This document shows, piece after piece, positions 50,509 to 62,441 of a stretch of DNA of 64,000 nt. Location of the stretch: NCBI GenBank assembly GCA_023231475.1, contig JALJEE010000596.1, positions 62,001-126,000 of the forward strand, read 5' to 3'. Positions within the stretch are counted from its first letter, which is position 1; the number at the start of each line of letters is the position of its first letter. Both the position numbers and the translations under genes were made by a program. Below the pieces are notes generated by a model. That model did no database searches. It was not told the origin of the DNA and worked only from the letters and a program-made list of their open reading frames with translations. The DNA is from Seison nebaliae. Taxonomy: Eukaryota.

Positions 50509-52019
50509 CGGCGAATAATGTGACCTTCATCATCTTCGTCATTTTACTTCCAAAACTTAAACTAGCAAATGGGAAGTGAATTTCTATTGGTAATTCGGTT
50601 TAGGAGAGGAATGTCAGTTTAAGAATTCTCCAAACTCAACTTCTATTTGAGAGAAGTTAAGCGACAAACAATCGACAACATCCATCAAACAGAACGACCC
50701 TCAACTCTCTCCTCTAATGTGATGTAACGGTGAGTTGAATAATAATTTTATGCTAAAATATAGGAATGTTCAAAAGATCAAAATGAAAGACATTTCCAAT
50801 TTCTTTCTTTCGAAAACATGTCATCCAACGAAACAATTTACTTGACATTCTCAATTCCATTAGAATTAAGGAAAAATTTTTTCAAACAAATTTTTATTAT
50901 TTCTTTTTTCCCAACTGATATTTATTTTATATTTTTATTTTATTCCTACGATACACATTGATCAATCCAACGACAAATCAAATAACACATCAAACATCTA
51001 TGTATGATTTCATTAGAGTTTTCTGTCATTATTAGTTCCATATTTGTTCATAGAAAAAAAGAGAAATGTCACGTCATTCGTGTGTATTCATATAAATAAG
51101 CAAACAACTATCATTCACCACCATTGGAACAGATAATCGGTATAGATATAATCAAATGAGAAAAGCAAAAGAAAAACAGATTTATTCGCATGATATGTTC
51201 CAGAATAAAGAGTTAGATAATTAATCGAAGCGTTCCCATGGAAATCTTAATATAATTACAAACAACAAGAAATTATCAGTCCATAAGTCGGGGTAATGCA
51301 TTTATGGGAAAATGTGTTTGTTGGGGAAATGTTTGCTCCATTTTTTCTTTCCATAATTCTAGATAATTCCATATTATATCTACTTCCTCTATCTCCATAT
51401 GTTCGAACTTCGATTCATCTATTTTAAATTCATAACGGAAACTATTCAAGAGAATTATAATTAAAAAATATGAAATTATTGAATCTAGAATATTTATAAA
51501 TGAAAATAATAATCGTTCGAAAGTTTTACTCAATTGAAGTTTGATCTATTAATTTCGTTCCATAATGATTTCTATTTATTAATTATAACTATGTCTAACA
51601 TGTAGAAGTGACTGGGATAAAATAAAACTAAACATGAGATTCTACCGCTTAATAAATAACTATACAATTATTCGAAAATAAGTTCAGATAATGTTCAGAG
51701 TAATAAGTCAGAAATCAGTTCAAGACACTATAAACAATTTATTGAAAAGTGATAAATTTTAATTTAGAGAAATTTAGATACATATGTATATACCACTCGT
51801 GTATATTTATATATCACCGTCAATGTCATGTCATCCTATGTCAATACATATGTACTGATAAAATATATTTAATTCGTTTAGTATTTTTCACCAATATTCC
51901 GATTTTTCACATACTGTAACCTCCATCCAATTCCCTTAATCTACTTCAAATTGACCCTTAAACATACAAGTAGGACATGTAAAAACCAATGCCAAATTCA
52001 ATCCAACATTTTTTCTTTC

Positions 52020-52585
52020 CGATCACTTCGGCCACTTTCCTCCAGAAGATGAAGATTGACTGGCCCTAAAGGAAAATAATAAATTTTTACAATAAATGAA
52101 TTTTGAGAAACTTCTGTCATACCGCGAAGACTTCGCTTCTTAGCAGTCCAGTACTAACGAAGGTGGTTAAACTTCTTTTTCACTACTGATATCCCTCCTT
52201 CTCTCGTCCACTCTTTCGTCTGAAATATTATCGAATAAGAAATAAACTTGGAGATTTTCATTTTAACCTCAGCCGCTTCCTTAGCTGTGACTTCTGAGGA
52301 AAGGTCTGAAAACATAATAATTATATTTTGTACTTCGGAATTCATAGAAAATTCGGACAAACCACATGAAGAGGACTCTATCGACCTCTTTACCCCTAAA
52401 GAACGATAATTTATCACTTTAAATAAATTACAATAACTTCGCCATATCCCCGTCCTTATCCTTTTTCTCACCAACTTAATTTTTTCTTCAAGAAAAAAAA
52501 CATAATAGAATATAATTTTAAAATAAAATTAAACTCTTCGTGTTCCTCATCCTATCGACGAATTTCCGTACCATTCCGTACCTCT
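52020..52585 (-). pseudogene. Multi-exon MADF/Myb-SANT-like gene with an in-frame TAG (52156-52154); introns 52534-52486, 52437-52396, 52362-52306, 52267-52220. Exon-like pieces at 51570-51276 may belong to it
   Basis: Purine-rich exons alternate with AT-rich GTT..AG introns. Spliced translation RTGIWRRVKRSIE..VVKKKFNHLR*YWTAKKR resembles MADF helices (W..V; KKF..LR..Y). Confidence 0.4.
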
Positions 52586-52973
52586 AAGATCATTTTTCAA
52601 GTGAACTTTATTTTGCATATTAAGAAAAGAAGTGATAAAAATTATTAGAATAGGAATTGAAATTAGAAATAAAACCTTTCAATTATTTAACAACGAACTA
52701 ACTAATTTTAGATATTATTTATATATTCATCAGTCGACAAATGAAATTGTTCTATTTTGTATTTTCATTGTAACAATCAATGACTGAAATAAAATTTCTT
52801 CCTTTTTTAATTTAATTATTTTCATTGGTCAAAAACAACGTTGGGAAATTCAAAAATTTAAGCAAACTGAATTTTATATTTTATATTTCACATGAGGCTG
52901 TCACATAGTGACTAACTTAATATATAGCTAATTTTTTAATATAGCTGTTTTAAATTAAATTATTTATTAGTTG

Positions 52974-53057
52974 GACATGTTGTGACGAGTGGTTTTAAGG
53001 CGTTGGAGCTGAAATCCAATGATGTCTCCCTGGTAGCTTCAAATTCTACCCGCGAAG
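52974..53057 (+). pseudogene. Degenerate tRNA-Ser(UGA)-like sequence
   Basis: CGAGTGGTTTTAAGGCG D region, TTGGA-GCTGAAA-TCCAA anticodon arm, long variable arm and T-arm remnant. Acceptor stem does not pair and the anticodon loop lacks U33. Confidence 0.7.
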
Positions 53058-53094
53058 ATAAAACATTTTTAAGATTTGGATTAAAATTTTATAC

Positions 53095-53167
53095 CGCCCA
53101 CCCAGGGGCTCGAACCCTGGACCTTAGGATTAAAAGTCCCACGCTCTACCGACTGAGCTAAGCGGGC
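53095..53167 (-). tRNA. tRNA-Lys(UUU)
   Basis: 73 nt GCCCGCTTAGCTCAGTCGGTAGAGCGTGGGACTTTTAATCCTAAGGTCCAGGGTTCGAGCCCCTGGGTGGGCG folds to a full cloverleaf with anticodon TTT; T4 terminator downstream. Confidence 0.96.
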
Positions 53168-53705
53168 ATGTATAATAGTTCTTTTTGAAGTTTTATTATT
53201 GTTCTTCTCTCTAAAATCTCTCTTTTTTCTTCTTCAATTTAATTTAAAGTTCATTATAATATTAACTATGATCATAATATTCCCCTAATCATAATTTAAC
53301 CATAATCTCTCTTTAACTGTTCATGCTTAAGAAGTCTTTTTCTCCGAATTATTCGTATACTGGAGATGAATCACGGTCATTTGGTCACCCTTAAATTTCA
53401 TCACTTTTTATTAAATTTGGACATTTTGTCAGATGGTGTTACTTTCCACTCGAGTTACTTTCACCCCGAAAAAAAAATTGAACAGAAAAATGAGATTCTG
53501 CTCATTGAAAATAAATGTAGTAGAGTTCATTCGAAAGAGAATTTTATGCTATTTCAATATTTGTCAATTGTCTTTTCTAACTATTGTTAGAAAATTGTAA
53601 AAGAACTTTATTTTTCTTTTTTTTTGAGACTACCAAAGTGTTTGGTTCGATTTCGGTGGTTCATGGAACAAGAACTATATCCGCAATATAAGCTTTTTGA
53701 ATGAT

Positions 53706-55122
53706 TTATGCAGTTACTATTGTGATTTTTATGGAATACCCAGCGTCGATATTCTTTATTTTATGGATAAAAGTATAAGAAACATTTTTTAAGTTCTTCG
53801 CTAATTTTTGACTAAAAAGTGTATATATACTCAAATTTAATGATAATAAATGTTCCATTGAAACTAATCCATTTCATGATATTTCATCAATATTCCTTTG
53901 ATTAAATGTAATTTTGATAATCTCTCCGAAACTTCGTTTGATATATTAAAAGAATAAGTCTATAACAGTATATGAGGTATAATATTATATTTCGAGGTTT
54001 TCTAACATCATAGGAACGTACAAGCTTTCGAGATATCTGGATTATGTTGACGTATTGTGTCGAATGAATTATAAGAATCTTGAAAATAAAAATCAGAATT
54101 TTTTGTTTAATTATGTGTTCTAACTTTCAATTTTGCTGACTTGTTGTTTAAACTTTTGGTATTTCTTCACAAAATTTTCAGTAGTACTATCGGAAAATTC
54201 CATTACAATTTCTTTGGAAGGAGCTACCTGAAATTCATGTTGATATCTTTCCTTTACCGTCTGTATGAAAGTTGTTAATCGTGAAGTGTAATTGGCGGCA
54301 ATTTCTAAATTATAAGTTTCAAAATGTTTACTATTTCTGCCCAATTCATACCGTTAATTTGAAACAATAAAAACAAATAAGAAAATAAACTGATCACTAT
54401 ATTTAATATCATTATGTTTCTCTTCATAGAATTCCAAAGATTTTCGAAGAATTGTTTGTTTCAGAGACTTAAGATTGAAGGTATGGTCATCGTTTTTCGT
54501 ACTGGTCGAATTCAGGTAACTTGTATCATACGTCATCTTTTATGGATAATTGAAATTTAATTTATTAGTCAAAATTAACATTGATGACACTGTTACAAAG
54601 CAGAGCATCATAACTGAGAATTTCATTTTTATTCTTCGATTCGCTGAGGGTTTCCATCAACTTGCTATTTAAATTTTCCACATATTCATCCAAATTTTCA
54701 ACCATGTTGTACTAGAAATATAAAAAGAGTTTTATTCGATTTCTACTTATAAAAGTAATCTCTGTTAAATCAAACTTTACTAAGGATTCTTACAAAATGT
54801 TCACACTGTGAAATGAAGTCAACGAAAATATTTTAGAAGGACAAAAATATAAGGAAATCCAATAACATCCAATATAATCTTCTTGAAACTAAAGAAATTG
54901 GTTGTCTCCATTGGAGGTTGATAAACGGGACTATAAAATTTCGCATCTAAACTATCCAAAACTCGTCTGATTTTCGAAAGACCATCGAAGGTTTTCTTTG
55001 ATTCTTCATCGGAACTGTAGAACTCAAATCGTTGCAATTTGCCTTCCATCAATTGAAGATATTTCGATTTTGTTGCTTCTTGTATTTGACGAATTCGTTT
55101 ATATGTCTTCTTTTCATGGAAT
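53706..55122 (-). CDS. Chain of short coding exons of unknown function; separate gene or C-terminal extension of the NWD gene; 3' end uncertain
   Basis: ORF pieces 55052-54819, 54536-54354 and 54344-54120 join in frame through short GTT..AG introns; no recognisable domain. Confidence 0.55.
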
Positions 55123-55214
55123 CTGCAATAATAATAATGTGTAATAATTAATCCGATGTAACACAGTTTCCAATTTTTATGATTTGTTGAATGAAGTGAA
55201 GTTTAAAATATTCT

Positions 55215-58200
55215 TTAAAATTTGAAAAGTACAAACAAAGATAATTCATTTTGATATTCTTTATCAATTTTTAATTGAGGGTCGTTCCTTAAATAACAAT
55301 AAATTGATCGGTTCTTACAAGTGACTACCATGAAACGATTATTAACAAGTTGTGCTGATACGGGTTCATTAAATAATTCGGTGAGAGCTGTAAAATAATT
55401 TATTGATTTTTATAATTACTTAAAAGTCCAATTAACCTATTACTCGTGGGGTATATTGTTCGGCTGTTACAACATTGATAGGTTTTCCTTCGGTCTCAAT
55501 TTGAACTTTTTCGTCAACCGTAGGAAATGGAATAGCTTCTAATCGCACGATAAACAAGTAGAGATTATTGACGATAGTATAAAGATAATTCCCATCGTCC
55601 GATAATTCGAAAAGAAATTTATAATGATAATTTTGTAATTGTTCCATAACACTGTTCTCTTTCCGTAGATATATCTCATCTAAAGTAGGAGAAATATTGT
55701 GAAATTGGAGAGTGAATTGTCGTATACATTTGAATTCCAAATTTTCATAATATATATAATATATTTTGGATTTAGTAGAAAGCATTGAAATATAGTTTCG
55801 GCATTTGCACATTCCAATTCGAACAATATTTTTCGTGTCAACATCTGTTATTTCCAACGGTTTCACTTTTCCATCATCACTTAACAAGTCGATTGCTCCT
55901 TTCACGTTCAGAATAAGTATATGATAAGAGTTCCGTAGAAATTCTAATTGAATAATCGGTTTTGTTGAGAATTTGATGGAATATCGAACTTTTGATGAAG
56001 CAATTGAATAATTCAAAATTAATTTGTCATACAAAATGATTAGCGCTTTATGATCCTCCGTTATCAATGGAGTTATAATTTTTCGATCAGTTGTAATATT
56101 TATCGATATTTTTTGTGTAAAGTTTTCCACAATTTCTTGTAAATGCCAATTTGTTGGAGATTTTTGTTGAAATAAGAAATATTTTCCTGATAACTTATTT
56201 TCTATTAAAAATCTGTTTTCTGATAATAATTCAAAATCGATCAATTTCCAGAAACATTCGTTTTCATTCACATCTCGCTCATTCGAATTAGATTGAAGAT
56301 TTAATCGAATTTCTATTTTATCCATGTTCATCTTATCTGGTTCTAAATGAATATTACATTTAATCGTTTCTCCTACAGTCCTATGTTTCTTAGTAGAATT
56401 TTTCTGAATTAAACATCCGATTTTTTCTTCAATTTCTACATATACAATTCCTGGTCGAATAATTGCGATTTTCGACAATTCCCGGTTATCGAAATTTATC
56501 TCACAAGTTATCTCACCTCGATAAACATCAAATTCCTTCACCCTACGAGAAGACAATTCAAAAAATTATCAATTGTAGTGAAACTTGTTTTTATTGTCAA
56601 TGAACATAACCAGATTAGATGGTATTCTCGAATTGTATTGGAGATCGTTACCGATAATTTGGTTTTCGCTTTGTGGAGGCATTTCCAAATTATAATCATC
56701 TTCAACTTCTGAATTCATCATAACCTTCATAGTTTGATCTCTTGAAGCAGTTAAATACATTCCTGAATGAGGATTAATATTATTTGAATTATTAAGTAGA
56801 AAAACTTTCGGTATCTTGTGGTGTATAAATACCAACAATTCGATCACTATGATAATGATGAAATTTAGGAAGAGCAATAGCTAATGCATTTTGGTTCGTA
56901 AAGGGATTTAACAAAATTGCAAATTCATAAATTTTCATTATTCCATCTGATTTTGAAGCAAAAATATTCGTTTTAACACATTTGATAAGTTCAAAAGGTC
57001 CATCGATTATATGTAAGGAATAATGACTAATACATTCATTACGATAAAGGACGAATATATCTCCTGTACTGCTAAGTCCAGCAATGTATCCAGCTCCTAC
57101 TTGCAAGTGCTTGAGAGGTGGAATAAGTTCCGGATGATCAATATCTGGAATAGCCATTTGTGGTTTTCCGTCAACAATCTTCACAAATACTAATGCTCCG
57201 TTATTCATGGAGAGAAGTAATTGCTTTTTTAAAAACGAAGAATCGACTGAAATTATACTACCGGGAATGTGAAGTAATTGTGATGAAATATCCTTTTGAG
57301 ATACGTATGAAAATAAGAGAAATATATTAAAAACTGAAACTTTCGAACTTTTGACTTCCACGAGCATTGTTGTATTGTTTGCCATTTGGAAGCAAAAAAA
57401 GTTGTCGTATAATTGAAATAATTGGCGAACTGGACCTGGGGTTTTCATATGAAACTCATGAACTTCCTCATCAAAATGGACGAAATAAATAACAGATTGA
57501 GATGGGTGGAATCGAACAGCAATCGTTTGACTTAAAGAAATCATTTGAATAAATGTTGTGGTTGGCAAGATGTCGAGTGTACTTCTTAGACTACTAATCT
57601 CCACTTCTTTCAGAAGAACTTGTTCAATTGTTTGAGAGTAAATATAATCCGAAGACATAGCGACTGTAAGTTCGCCAAAAACAACAAAGTCAAAGAAATA
57701 GTTGGTTGGTAATGATAGTTCTTTTATTTCGAAGCCTGTCCTCATTTCTAAAACTAAAATATTGTCAGCTAAACTGTAACAATATTTATCTTTCGGTCCC
57801 ATCATTATTTTGTGGATTGGTTTCTTATGCCGGTCCATTTGGAAAATGACGGCACTGTTTGAAATTCGATGTTGTTGATAAGGCACAGTGATACCTGAAT
57901 GGAACGAACTATAATCATTAATTTTTTTTAACAATTTTGTACATATCGGTTGTATTCCGTAGTATTGGATACACAACGCTTTTAGATAAATACCAGTATC
58001 GTGAGGTATCTTCTTCAAATGAATCCAACTCAATAGGAAAATTCGTTGAATGAATGAAAATTCTTGACTTTTCTGCTTTATCATCACATCTCTTGAATTC
58101 ATTGATGAATAATTTTTAATCATCTCAAAAATTTCATTTCCTTCCATATACTCAAACGACGCTCGCATAAACTTATAATCGAAAACCGTATCATTGATTG

Positions 58201-60947
58201 CTAAGTCGATGGAAAAATTTACATTAATTTTAGAAAGTGTCCGCGGCAATTCGAATAATTTTCGTTTATTATAAATCGTCGTCAATCCATCGAGCGATAC
58301 CGTTTCCAATTGTTGCTTCGGCATTAACCGATCAGAAACTTCGCCTTCCGTCCCCAATTTCTCAGCCAAATGTTCTCCATATTTCAATTCTTTCTTTTGA
58401 CCGTCTGCCCATTTTCCTGTATAATAATCACAAATATTTTGAAATATTTCCTTTTGTTCACTTTCGCTTAATTCACCGAAATATTCATTTTCTGAAACTT
58501 CAATAAATTGACGATGATACCAATAGACAACAGTCACGTCGTCAGAATCTCGATCAACTAAATATTCTTTTAAATCATATCGTATACGAGACCATAGAAC
58601 ACCTAAAAAAATGTAAAAAAAATTGATGATAATCTTTGGTTGAAATGTGAATATTTTGATAAAAAAAACTAGGTACTCGTTTAATGGGTGGCATATGAAA
58701 ACTAGCAACTTCTTGTAGAACCAAATCATCCAAACTTAGAATATCCACCAACTCCGATTCTGTCATTCCATTACGAGAAGTATTGAGATATATAATCGAT
58801 TTCCTCACTAATTCTTTTCCATAAATATTTTCTAATTCTATAAAGAAAATTATCATGTGTATGAGAATTTCCGATTCTAACCTTTAAATACATAGACAAT
58901 CGATGCTGGTGTATCGTTACAAGAAGAAATATCAATCGATTGATAAGATTGCCATTTGGAGGTAATATCGAAAATTAATTTCAAATGAAGAGCAAGCGGT
59001 CTCTCCCCTAAAATTTGATGAACTTGATCCAATTGTTCATTTGTCAGACATCGATTGACTTTATCGAACCAACATTTCAAAATTTTGGATGCCGTCTCTT
59101 GTTCCAAATTGGGAACGGTCAAGAAATTGTCATCATTTGTCAAATATTTCCGTAAATTGGGTAAAATTGATTTGTAATCAGGAATCGTTGAGACGATAAT
59201 GCGACAATTAGAAGGCAGATTCATTGGCAGCCATTTCATGTCGAAACCATCACACAATTGATCGAGTGAATCTAGAAAGATGATTATTTTGAATTTGGGT
59301 CGATTACCACACACCGCTTTCAACCATTCGTTAAACCATATTAGAAACTCCCTATATGGTAAATCGATAATGGGCATACGAAGTGAGAGAGTACTGGACA
59401 GTTGAAAAACGAGACTATTCAATAAGCCTAATAATGATGAGGATGTTGGTGTAGTTCCTAAGAAACGAAGAACTATTCGAAAATTTTCCGTTTTATGCTC
59501 TCTAAACCATAATGCACAATTAGATGCTGCTTTCCCTAATATTGAAGTCTTCCCACATCCTGATACACCATATACCACTAACGGTTCACTTATTAATTGG
59601 GGATTGTTTGATAAAATATATTTCTTTATATAATTTAATTCTTCGTCTCTTCCTTGGAAATGTTCGGTCTTCTCCTTAAATTGGTTCGCTTGGTCCATGA
59701 TTTCTATCATTTCATTCTTCCAATAACTCTCCAAAGCACTCGATTCAGGTAGGCCTAGCGCAATTTGCAATTGAGGAATAATGTTTTGCATTCGATGTTC
59801 TTTGGCAGCAACATCTATTTGCAATTTGAGTTTATCTTTCAAATAATTTTTTAATTTTCTCAAATAGTTCATCTGTCCTCCATTTCTCGCTTCTACTTCA
59901 CCATTATTGATTAAATCCGAAAAGTTTATCTGGAGAAGATTTAAAAGAAATATTCACAAAATTAAATATAGACAAAGAATAACTTTCAACCTTTTTATAT
60001 TTTCATCACCGACAAAAGATCGAATTTTCTTTTCTTTTAATTCGTTCAACTTTTCTCTACTTTCTTCCTCTTTCTCAAAGAACTTTTTTTTCATCTTCTC
60101 ATTTTCAATTTCTTCCTCTAAAATGTCTCGGTAAATTATGATACATGATTTCTCCCAATTTTCCCATTTGAATAATCCTTCATTCACTTCATCTTCAGTA
60201 ATCGAGGAGAAGAACTTGCGAAATTGTTCTTCATGGATTTCCCCCTTATCAAAACAATCAGTGGCAGCTTTTCGAAATATCGTTAACATTCTATCCTCTT
60301 GAATGAACCATTCTTGATAACTCTGTTTCCGAACGACTACATTAGTTTTATTCACAAATTCTGGAATTATCTCGTTAATTGGTCTTAAGAGATATTGACT
60401 CGGTTTTGAATTTGTATCTTTTTGATACCATTTTTTAATCAATTCCTTATCTTCATCATTCGAGATATATTCCAACAGTTTGATGAACGTCTTCTCTTCA
60501 ATATGAGGACAAAGAATTCTCGTTCCATATTTATGGGAGATGATCAACTAACGGAAATATTTGGGAAAGTTTCAGGAGAAAACTAACGATAAATGTTGGT
60601 CCCAACGATAATTTCTGACATGTCTTCAATTCTTTCAGACATAACTCGGAGGCTGTATGATTATTTGTACAATCTGAAGGAATACCCCAACGCATATCTA
60701 CCAACTGAAAATCAACACCGTATTCTTCTCGACTATATTCTCGACATTGTGGTACAATTTCTTGTAAAATACAATTCCTTTCCAGATGCATATCTAGCGA
60801 ATAAGATATGTCTCGTTCTGTTAACTAATTTAGCTAACCTGAGAAAGTACTGCTTAAAAACACTCGTACTACCTTGGGGAAACTGGAGGGGATGTCGTGA
60901 AGTTTCCCACAAAATACATCTGCTATACTTCGAATTTTCTCGTTCAT
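55215..60947 (-). CDS. NWD1/NWD2-like NACHT and WD-repeat protein. Introns 60838-60794, 60587-60548, 59983-59930, 58881-58838, 58669-58603, 57340-57293, 56805-56763, 56584-56543, 55436-55388
   Basis: DUF4062/TIR-like N-terminus (VRVFLSSTFSDMHLERN..VDMRWGI..CLKELKTC), Walker A VYGVSGCGKTS, RFLGTTPTSS, Walker B IIIFLDSLDQL, GMTESELVDILSLDDLVL..RVPSVLWSRIRYDL..YWYHRQF, then degenerate WD repeats. Confidence 0.9.
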
Positions 60948-61530
60948 CTTATTGAAAAATGTCAATTTTCAATTTTTTTTCATCCTAATATCTTGAGCAA
61001 TGCTCGTTGCTTAGTTACAACTATTATGTCGGAACACTCTCTAACAAACACACCACAAGACCTTGACACGAATAATTTATATATTTGAAATTTTGAATTC
61101 CATTTGAATATTATGGAATGACCGTTACAATGGTCAGGTATTGAACGGAAGGAATTTATTTCAAAATCAATCACCACAATAACTTTTGTCATGTCAATTT
61201 TTTTTCCTTCATAAAATTTCATGCAAGATCCAAATTATACATGAAATTCTACGTGAACAAGAAATTTAACAAACAGTAATAAATTGTAGTTTTTTAATTT
61301 ACCGAATATGGTTGTTAACAGTTGTAATCTTACAAAAATTTTATGGCAAAATCTTAAGATTTTTCAAAGTATTATGGTTCGTAAGTATTATATCGTCTCA
61401 TGATCTAGAGATTATGAATAAAATTTTCTGAAAAAAGTTCCATTTTTATAAAAATAGTTTATGTTTTCGTTTTAATTTATTTTATTTATTTAGTTTTATT
61501 TACTTTTCTTTCGATTCTCGATCTATTTCC

Positions 61531-62441
61531 ATCGATATTTGTTACGAATCTCTGGGGAGCGTCGTCATTGGAAACGAGAACCGTGATTTTTTCTCCATCA
61601 ACTCCGGTGTTCTTCAAGGTACTATTCTAGGTCCTTGGCTTTTTGGGTTAGTCATTGAGGGTATTCTCAGCAATCTACATGAATCAGGCGACGTTTACAT
61701 AGGAAACAATCGTTTTCCGCATGTTGTGGCCTATGCAGATGACATCGTGATCGTAAACGGTTTTCTCCGTCATCTGGAACGGTCATATCGACAATTATCT
61801 TTTCTTCTCTCCCAGAGGGGGGGGTTTCCCTATCATCAACAGACAAGAGTTCTTTCTCCTCAATTTCACTTAAATCCGCAACTATCTTTCTTGGTTCAAC
61901 CATCGATCTCCGTTGTCTCTCCTCTTTCGTCTTGGATCACATTCGAAACAAATTATGCAGATCATTTTTCCCTTTCTCTCCCAAAACGAAATTCGTTCCT
62001 TTAAAATTACGTCTACACCTTTTTAAGAGTTTAGTTCCTCCACTATACTCTTTGGAAACTATTTTCTTATGTACGCAACGTTCATTTCTGTCAATTGATC
62101 GCGCCTACAATCGTCTTATCAGAAGATTAGTCTTTTGTTTCCACAGGTGCAATCGTTCTTTACTCTTCGCCACCGTTGGTTTTCTTCGACTGCCTATTCT
62201 CTTTTCTCGTCGAATTTTTTCTCTCCCGGACAAAATTTCAGTTTCGAATCCTCTCACTTCTTTTACTACTTATACTAATGCTTTCCACGTTCACTCAATC
62301 TTTTCCCATACTATCCGCTTCTACAATTTACCACGAGATATTCTCCTTCCCGATTTTAAGGACTTCATTTTTTCTTACGATCAGATCACGTGTTCTCCAA
62401 TTAATCCAGAAACTCTTATCGAGGTGCAAGCACTTGATTGA
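61531..62441 (+). mobile_element. 5'-truncated, frameshifted non-LTR retrotransposon reverse transcriptase (RTE-like thumb)
   Basis: In frame from 61531: GVLQGTILGPWLF and YADDIVI. After a frameshift: LKLRLHLFKSLVPPLYSLET. Pyrimidine-rich composition unlike host genes. Confidence 0.85.

Noticed and set aside
54337..54390. Possible non-canonical CG acceptor (TTAACG|GTAT)
   Set aside because: A canonical in-phase CAG at 54337 gives a normal 54-nt intron.
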